From positions 1-35,534 of the IMG/VR virus record IMGVR_UViG_3300025536_000008: 35,534 bases of DNA; one strand, given 5' to 3'. Each line of letters starts with the position of its first letter. The first letter of the stretch is position 1. The position numbers and the translations under genes are program-made. The notes below the pieces were generated by a model. It ran no database searches and had not been told where the DNA came from. It was given only the letters and a program-made list of their open reading frames with translations. The stretch is from a virus. Below are positions 30,762 to 35,534 of this stretch, in pieces.

Positions 30762-31295
30762 ATGTTCTCTCTCGTCCTTTTGCTTGCACTCACAGCCCCT
30801 CCTGAGCAATCTAAAGGCTTCGATCCCATCGAAACTTGGGTATCCAAGGCCGCAGCCTGTGCCTCCGAAGGGGTTAGGAGTGCCCCGTATGACATCAAAA
30901 AACAAGTTCAGGAGAAATACCTCACCGAGCCGCCAAAAGTCCGCTTAGTGGCTCCCACGAGCGGACCAACGGTAGGCGTTCTAGCCCCCATGAGTCAGAC
31001 GGAAGCCAAACACGCCTACTTCCGGTACAAAATTTTCGACATTGAATCGGATTATGAAGGCAAGGCTCAAATCGTCAAGATCGGCAGCATTGCCAGCAAA
31101 AGGCCGACCAAGTGGATCAAGGGATTGAGGATGGGACAGTTACGGATTGGTGATGAGATTGCTTTCGATGAAGAGACAATCTTTGTATCCCATCGTGTCT
31201 CGGACCTCAAGACACAGGTGACGGATCACGAGTTGCTTGAGGTTCTGGATTGGAAGGAGTGTTTGAAAAGGTATCAGGAACGGATGAAGAGGTAG
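30762..31295 (+). CDS. Secreted/periplasmic hypothetical protein.
   Basis: N-terminal MFSLVLLLALTAPPEQ is signal-like. No catalytic motif recognised. Confidence 0.55.
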   Translation: MFSLVLLLALTAPPEQSKGFDPIETWVSKAAACASEGVRSAPYDIKKQVQEKYLTEPPKVRLVAPTSGPTVGVLAPMSQTEAKHAYFRYKIFDIESDYEGKAQIVKIGSIASKRPTKWIKGLRMGQLRIGDEIAFDEETIFVSHRVSDLKTQVTDHELLEVLDWKECLKRYQERMKR

Positions 31296-31323
31296 CCACG
31301 CTGAGTCACGGATGACAAAAAGA

Positions 31324-31360
31324 AGACCTCGGCATAGACAACGAGTTTATGCCGAGGTCT
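31324..31360. terminator. Bidirectional terminator separating the plus-strand block from the end of the long minus-strand operon.
   Basis: agacctcggcata, an 11-nt loop, tatgccgaggtct (13-bp stem). The T run is stronger on the minus strand (tcttttt). Confidence 0.65.
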
Positions 31361-31414
31361 TTCTGCATACATAGATAACTTGATTTATAATACCCAGATC
31401 AACTAACTATTTCT

Positions 31415-31627
31415 ATGAAAAACAAATTCATCTGCGAAGGAAAAGCCCAAGCAATTTTAGGGAAAACAAGATTTGCTGACCCAAGAAAATTCTTGTTAAG
31501 TCATAGGCCCATACCAGACCCCCGAAAATTCTTGATGACCTGCAACGATAATCAGCCTTATCTGTTGACAGAAGATGGTGAATTTCAACTGGCTCTTGAG
31601 GATGGGACTCCAATCTTGTTGGAATGA
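31415..31627 (+). CDS. Small hypothetical protein with a duplicated DPRKFL motif (reality uncertain).
   Basis: TATAAT at 31386..31391, but no RBS. It overlaps the 3' end of the convergent 31585..32046 ORF. Confidence 0.35.
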   Translation: MKNKFICEGKAQAILGKTRFADPRKFLLSHRPIPDPRKFLMTCNDNQPYLLTEDGEFQLALEDGTPILLE

Positions 31628-32046
31628 GCTTGCTTGGCCTTCCATTTCAATCGCATCATTTGGGTATATTGAGCCGCACTTTTCAGTAGATGTTCCTCAT
31701 TTTCCGTGGGGATATACCCAGGGTTGGCTTCAATGACGGCTCTAATCCTGGTCTTCTCCTGCATGATCCAGGTGCGTTTGCTTTGCTTGATGGCTGCATT
31801 GACGCAGCAGTATATGTAATTGAATGGCTCGTTATATGGATCAATGCGGCGAATATAACGCAGGACAATTACCCAGGAGTCATTGACCATTTCTTCATCC
31901 AGTTTGCGGTTGATCTTCGAGACAGCCATCTCGATTGTGTCACTTAGCAGCAGCGTCAGGGCATCATTGAGCTTAGTGCCTTCTGGAGTGGCTTGATGAT
32001 CGGCAAGTTCTTTGCATAGAGCTTTTTTATCTACAGTTAGGTGCAT
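31585..32046 (-). CDS. Hypothetical protein (153 aa). Weak sigma/regulator-like features.
   Basis: Last ORF of the minus-strand operon. Helical. No confident motif. Confidence 0.5.
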   Translation of the reverse strand: MHLTVDKKALCKELADHQATPEGTKLNDALTLLLSDTIEMAVSKINRKLDEEMVNDSWVIVLRYIRRIDPYNEPFNYIYCCVNAAIKQSKRTWIMQEKTRIRAVIEANPGYIPTENEEHLLKSAAQYTQMMRLKWKAKQAHSNKIGVPSSRAS

Positions 32047-32048
32047 CT

Positions 32049-32231
32049 TTACCTCGCTGGTCTATTTTTCTTGCCGCAACCGCATCTCCTTTTGGTAGGT
32101 ATGTTTTGAATTGAAACTTCTCTGATTGAACAGCGGGCGTGAACCTTCTCTGGTGGATGAGTGGTGATGATTTGTAGCCCGCAATTGAGGCATTTCACAC
32201 CACCTTCGATTGCTTCAAAAATGCAGTTCAT
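32049..32231 (-). CDS. Small zinc-ribbon-like protein (60 aa).
   Basis: Cys pairs CLNCG and CGCG. The start overlaps the upstream stop. Confidence 0.45.
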   Translation of the reverse strand: MNCIFEAIEGGVKCLNCGLQIITTHPPEKVHARCSIREVSIQNIPTKRRCGCGKKNRPAR

Positions 32232-33145
32232 TAGTATGGTGAAATGTCAGTTATACCAGTTTCATAACCGACTCCTTGCAAACCTATGGTTGCCCAATCG
32301 CCAAGGCCCACGGGCTGTTTGCTGAGATTGGTTGGACTACAACTCATCCAAACGAACCAATAGTCAATACCTCCAAAATGCGCCAAAGAGAAATCTGAAA
32401 TGCCATAGAAGTCCCTCGAAACCACCCATCGCAACAAATCATTTTTCTTCAATCTGATGTTCCCCGCATTACAATCCGTGAAATATGTTTGTTCATGGAA
32501 CTTGTAAGTTTTAACAAGCGAGAAGCCAGACCCGGTAAAGTCGTATAGATATTGCTGGGGATAGTCCCAAAAAATCGAACTGCCCCACCAAGGACTGTAC
32601 CACCGCAATGTGTCAGTGTCGTCCTTACGGCCAATAAAGAGATTTGTGAAGTATCGTCTAATTGTAGCTGGATACGTGCCGCCGCCATCGCTCACGCTAT
32701 GCGTGATATTGGAACGAGTAGTCAAGAACACATCCATGTCGTTCAAAACTTTGATGCCTCGGGGTCCGTAATAGACGTGTGGAATATCGTAGCTACCTGC
32801 TAAGTCCTCTTCCATCTGAAATGATGCACTCGCCGCATCAGCACCGCCAATATAACTCTCATTGTAGAGATTGGGTGTATTCCAGGCATTTTGAATCGCC
32901 AACCATTTTGATGTAGGAGTATCACTGCCGTGAAAAGCAGCCAATCCAAACAAATTAAATGAATCTCGTGCAGGAGGGTCTACCGTTGTTGGCTCGGCCA
33001 TGATGTGAACGCCCGAACTGTCGTCTACCACTTTGATTCCGTGACCCGCAATTATATTGGTCCGTTGCAACTTTTCGTTGACGGAATTGACCCAATTGGC
33101 GGTCAAGAATTCGCCTTGCTTAAAATTGTTCCATTTATTTTCCAT
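32231..33145 (-). CDS. Tail tip/baseplate-associated structural protein (function by position).
   Basis: ATG 33145 lies 2 nt after the upstream stop. Aromatic-rich beta protein. No motif. Confidence 0.55.
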   Translation of the reverse strand: MENKWNNFKQGEFLTANWVNSVNEKLQRTNIIAGHGIKVVDDSSGVHIMAEPTTVDPPARDSFNLFGLAAFHGSDTPTSKWLAIQNAWNTPNLYNESYIGGADAASASFQMEEDLAGSYDIPHVYYGPRGIKVLNDMDVFLTTRSNITHSVSDGGGTYPATIRRYFTNLFIGRKDDTDTLRWYSPWWGSSIFWDYPQQYLYDFTGSGFSLVKTYKFHEQTYFTDCNAGNIRLKKNDLLRWVVSRDFYGISDFSLAHFGGIDYWFVWMSCSPTNLSKQPVGLGDWATIGLQGVGYETGITDISPY

Positions 33146-33147
33146 GT

Positions 33148-34017
33148 TTAATCCGGGCAAGTAGGCGGTGTATGACTAATCCAATACGGATTCTGCTGCA
33201 TTACTCGTGCGTTAAAATCAATCGGAATATAGACTGGCTTGGAAATTCCGCCACCATGCCTGATCCTGTAAGGCACGAATTTACCAGCAGATATAGAATA
33301 GCGATTGTTCCAGCCGTTATAGTTGCATTGAAAGTTAAAAACCTGCTCGTTGGCAGTTCCACCATTCGTGGTCACGGCCCATCTAGTCCTCATTCCGTTG
33401 AATAATAAAGTTCCTGGGCTGAATCCATTCCACGCATATTGATTGACTTTCCCAACGGCACAAGACCAGACCGAAGGATCGGGGAATGATCTATAATTCA
33501 AACTAATTGAAATAGATGCCTTTGGAATAACCTTGTAAATTGCCTCGTCAGTAAATGGCTGACGATTAGTGGCATTGTCGTTATTCGCAGGATTGGGAGC
33601 GGTGGAAAAGAATTCATCAATCGTATCTGATTTATCCAAAGGCAATTTTAGATGTTCTGCGGACAAATCAAAATCAATTTCCCCAGAAGATACGCTGAAC
33701 TTACCAAAGGAAACAGTGACGAATGCCGTCTTAAAATCTCCCTCGCCTCTGGAAGGAGGATGTTCCACAGCTTGACAAGTGTAATCGCCAGCCTCCTGTA
33801 CATCGACAGCCAAGGCAAATAACCGCACCCCCGGTCTAGCATATATTTCTGGCTCGAACGCCACCATAACACCATCAACAACTCGAAAGCCCCCAACAGC
33901 AAGCGTTGCGTAGGCAATAGCTTCATTGAACGGAGCATAGAAAGAAACTTCTGCTTCCGGCCCGTCCTTGGTCACTCTGAATTTTTCTGTTACTTCTTCA
34001 AATGCCAAATAACCCAT
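33148..34017 (-). CDS. Distal tail protein candidate (first gene after the tape measure).
   Basis: Synteny only. Confidence 0.5.
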   Translation of the reverse strand: MGYLAFEEVTEKFRVTKDGPEAEVSFYAPFNEAIAYATLAVGGFRVVDGVMVAFEPEIYARPGVRLFALAVDVQEAGDYTCQAVEHPPSRGEGDFKTAFVTVSFGKFSVSSGEIDFDLSAEHLKLPLDKSDTIDEFFSTAPNPANNDNATNRQPFTDEAIYKVIPKASISISLNYRSFPDPSVWSCAVGKVNQYAWNGFSPGTLLFNGMRTRWAVTTNGGTANEQVFNFQCNYNGWNNRYSISAGKFVPYRIRHGGGISKPVYIPIDFNARVMQQNPYWISHTPPTCPD

Positions 34018-34107
34018 CTTGATTCCTTATGTTCCAACCGTTAAAATTTATCCCTGATGGGAGAGATGAGTCAAAATGCTTATGATATTTGCTCATCTCT
34101 CCCGTTT

Positions 34108-35534
34108 TTATGCCAACCCCACCTTTAATCCCTTGACGGACGTGCTTATATTAGACAAGTGTTGATTCATCTGTTTTTGTTCGTTAAGTTGATTCTTCTG
34201 CAACTCAGTTTGTTGTTTGGCGTCTGATACATCCATCGTATTCAAATCACGCCATGCTTGCCCTAATTCTTGAAATTGAGGTTTTGCCTGACCTAAACGA
34301 ACCAAAGGATGAGTTTGAGGCATATTCTCTTTGTTCCAAATCTTCGATCTCTCTGCGACATCCTTGGCAATGTTGTCCGAGAAGCCGGTCAATTTGCCCA
34401 ATGCCGAACCAATCGCAGACATCTTCAACAACTTGTCCACGATCCGCCCCAGCGTCAGGTCGATATTGATTAGATCGAATGCGAAATTTTCAATGGCCTG
34501 ACCTATGTCGCCAAAAATCGAGCCGATAATCATAAAGAACATTTCCCATTGGGTCCAATCAATGCTGTCAATTATGTCTGCCACTCTCTGAAATTGGGCA
34601 ACCAACCCATTCTGGACCTTGCTCACCAGTTCAGTCATCCATTTGGCACCTTGTCCAAACCAAGCCACTATTTTTCCCAGCAGTTTTCCAAAAGGAGCAA
34701 AAATGGTCAGCAACTCCTTCCCAAAAATTACCATTGCGGTCAAAGGATTCATTACTAGAAAAACGGCCCCAGCCAACATGCTGATAACTTTTAGAACTGC
34801 TTTGAAGATGTCTTTAATCCCCGTGCCTTCACCAACAATGTCGGCCAGACCCTTATAAATGTCTGCCAACCATTTAACCCAATCATTAGCAATTTCTAGA
34901 ATTGCCTGGGCAAATGGCGCAAGTATTTGACCGAGATATTTCAGTGCTTCTCCAACATTAGCCATCAATTGGTCCCAAGCCCCGCCCAAACTATTCACTT
35001 GCTTCTTTTCATCTTCCAGACCAGCATTTCCAAGCTCGGCCAACTTCTCCATACGTTGATTTTGCCCGTGATACCCACGCAAAGCATGAGTGTCGGTCTT
35101 AATGCCTTTGGATTCCTCGGTCAGAATCTTCATGGCGTTTTCTGTGCTGCCGCCAATCTTGTTTTTTAGTCCAACAGCTAATTGTGTGAAGTTTTCAAGT
35201 TCCTTGGTTGGGACTTTCATGTCCAAGCCAATTGAGGCCACCTTGAGAATTTCCTCAGTGGTCAGTCGGCTCGTCTTGGACAAGTTACGAGCAAAATCTT
35301 GAAAACTTTTTGTGAACGATTCGAGTTGAGATTGCTTTCCTTCAAAATCTAGCGAAGCCTCTGCGGCAGCCTTGAAGGCAACGAGTTCTTTTCTCGCTGC
35401 CACAAAGCTCTTTAACGCCTTCATTAGCGAGCCAACTAGAACGGCTATGGCTGCACCCCAGCCCAAAGTGGAGGTCGAAAGCACCGCAAACAGCCCAGCA
35501 AATCGACCCAATCCAAGGGCACTCAAAGCAGTTC
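34108..35534 (-). CDS. Tape measure protein, remaining part (continuation of 1..665 across the circular junction).
   Basis: Long helical, Ala/Gly/Leu-rich protein with hydrophobic segments (LGWGAAIAVLVGSLM, ISMLAGAVFLVMNPLTAMVIFG). Synteny fits: major tail, chaperone G/G-T, this gene, distal tail genes. Confidence 0.85.
   Translation of the reverse strand, partial: TALSALGLGRFAGLFAVLSTSTLGWGAAIAVLVGSLMKALKSFVAARKELVAFKAAAEASLDFEGKQSQLESFTKSFQDFARNLSKTSRLTTEEILKVASIGLDMKVPTKELENFTQLAVGLKNKIGGSTENAMKILTEESKGIKTDTHALRGYHGQNQRMEKLAELGNAGLEDEKKQVNSLGGAWDQLMANVGEALKYLGQILAPFAQAILEIANDWVKWLADIYKGLADIVGEGTGIKDIFKAVLKVISMLAGAVFLVMNPLTAMVIFGKELLTIFAPFGKLLGKIVAWFGQGAKWMTELVSKVQNGLVAQFQRVADIIDSIDWTQWEMFFMIIGSIFGDIGQAIENFAFDLINIDLTLGRIVDKLLKMSAIGSALGKLTGFSDNIAKDVAERSKIWNKENMPQTHPLVRLGQAKPQFQELGQAWRDLNTMDVSDAKQQTELQKNQLNEQKQMNQHLSNISTSVKGLKVGLA
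35408..35534. repeat. Terminal overlap, copy 2 (identical to 1..127).
   Basis: Exact 127-bp match to the window start. Confidence 0.95.

Noticed and set aside
31428-31613. 61-aa minus-strand ORF antisense to 31415..31627.
   Set aside because: It has no start context and an Arg/Leu-rich composition. It lies between the last supported minus-strand gene and the terminator.

Overview
The window is a complete tailed dsDNA phage genome. The first 127 bp are repeated exactly at the end (1..127 = 35408..35534), so the unit is 35,407 bp and circularly closed or permuted.

Almost all genes are on the minus strand, in this order:
- Regulator and replication: HTH regulator, PrimPol, P4/D5-type primase-helicase.
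- Small DNA-binding and HNH proteins.
- Two paralogous fibre-like proteins.
- A 793-aa repeat/LamG protein translationally coupled to TerS.
- TerL, then a portal-MuF fusion.
- A displaced HK97 gp10-like protein, the HK97-type prohead protease and the major capsid protein.
- A 4-kb accessory island.
- Head-tail connector genes and the major tail protein.
- The G/G-T chaperone pair, which has an A9 slippery run.
- A tape measure gene that runs across the window junction.
- Distal tail genes.

A plus-strand block (26973..31627) carries a PD-(D/E)XK/HTH-GT9-TylF methyltransferase fusion and small secreted or membrane proteins. I recognised no integrase, endolysin, tRNA or CRISPR array.

Most notable observations:
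1. TerL is interrupted by a 287-codon intein. Its homing-endonuclease slot is filled by a complete HNH ORF in a different reading frame, while the TerL frame stays open through it (overprinting).
2. A self-contained minus-strand cassette sits inside the structural operon: two small coiled-coil ORFs, a 208-aa protein with a RAMP-like C-terminal glycine-rich motif, and about 0.66 kb of ORF-free, repeat-containing, C-over-G-skewed DNA ending in a strong terminator.
3. Two GT9-type glycosyltransferases are present, one directly after the capsid gene and one fused to a nuclease/HTH module and a sugar-type O-methyltransferase.
4. A 29-bp perfect inverted repeat made of 10-bp iterons lies next to the replication genes.
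5. Selfish nuclease modules are unusually dense.

All functional calls come from motifs read by eye and from synteny. No database search was run.
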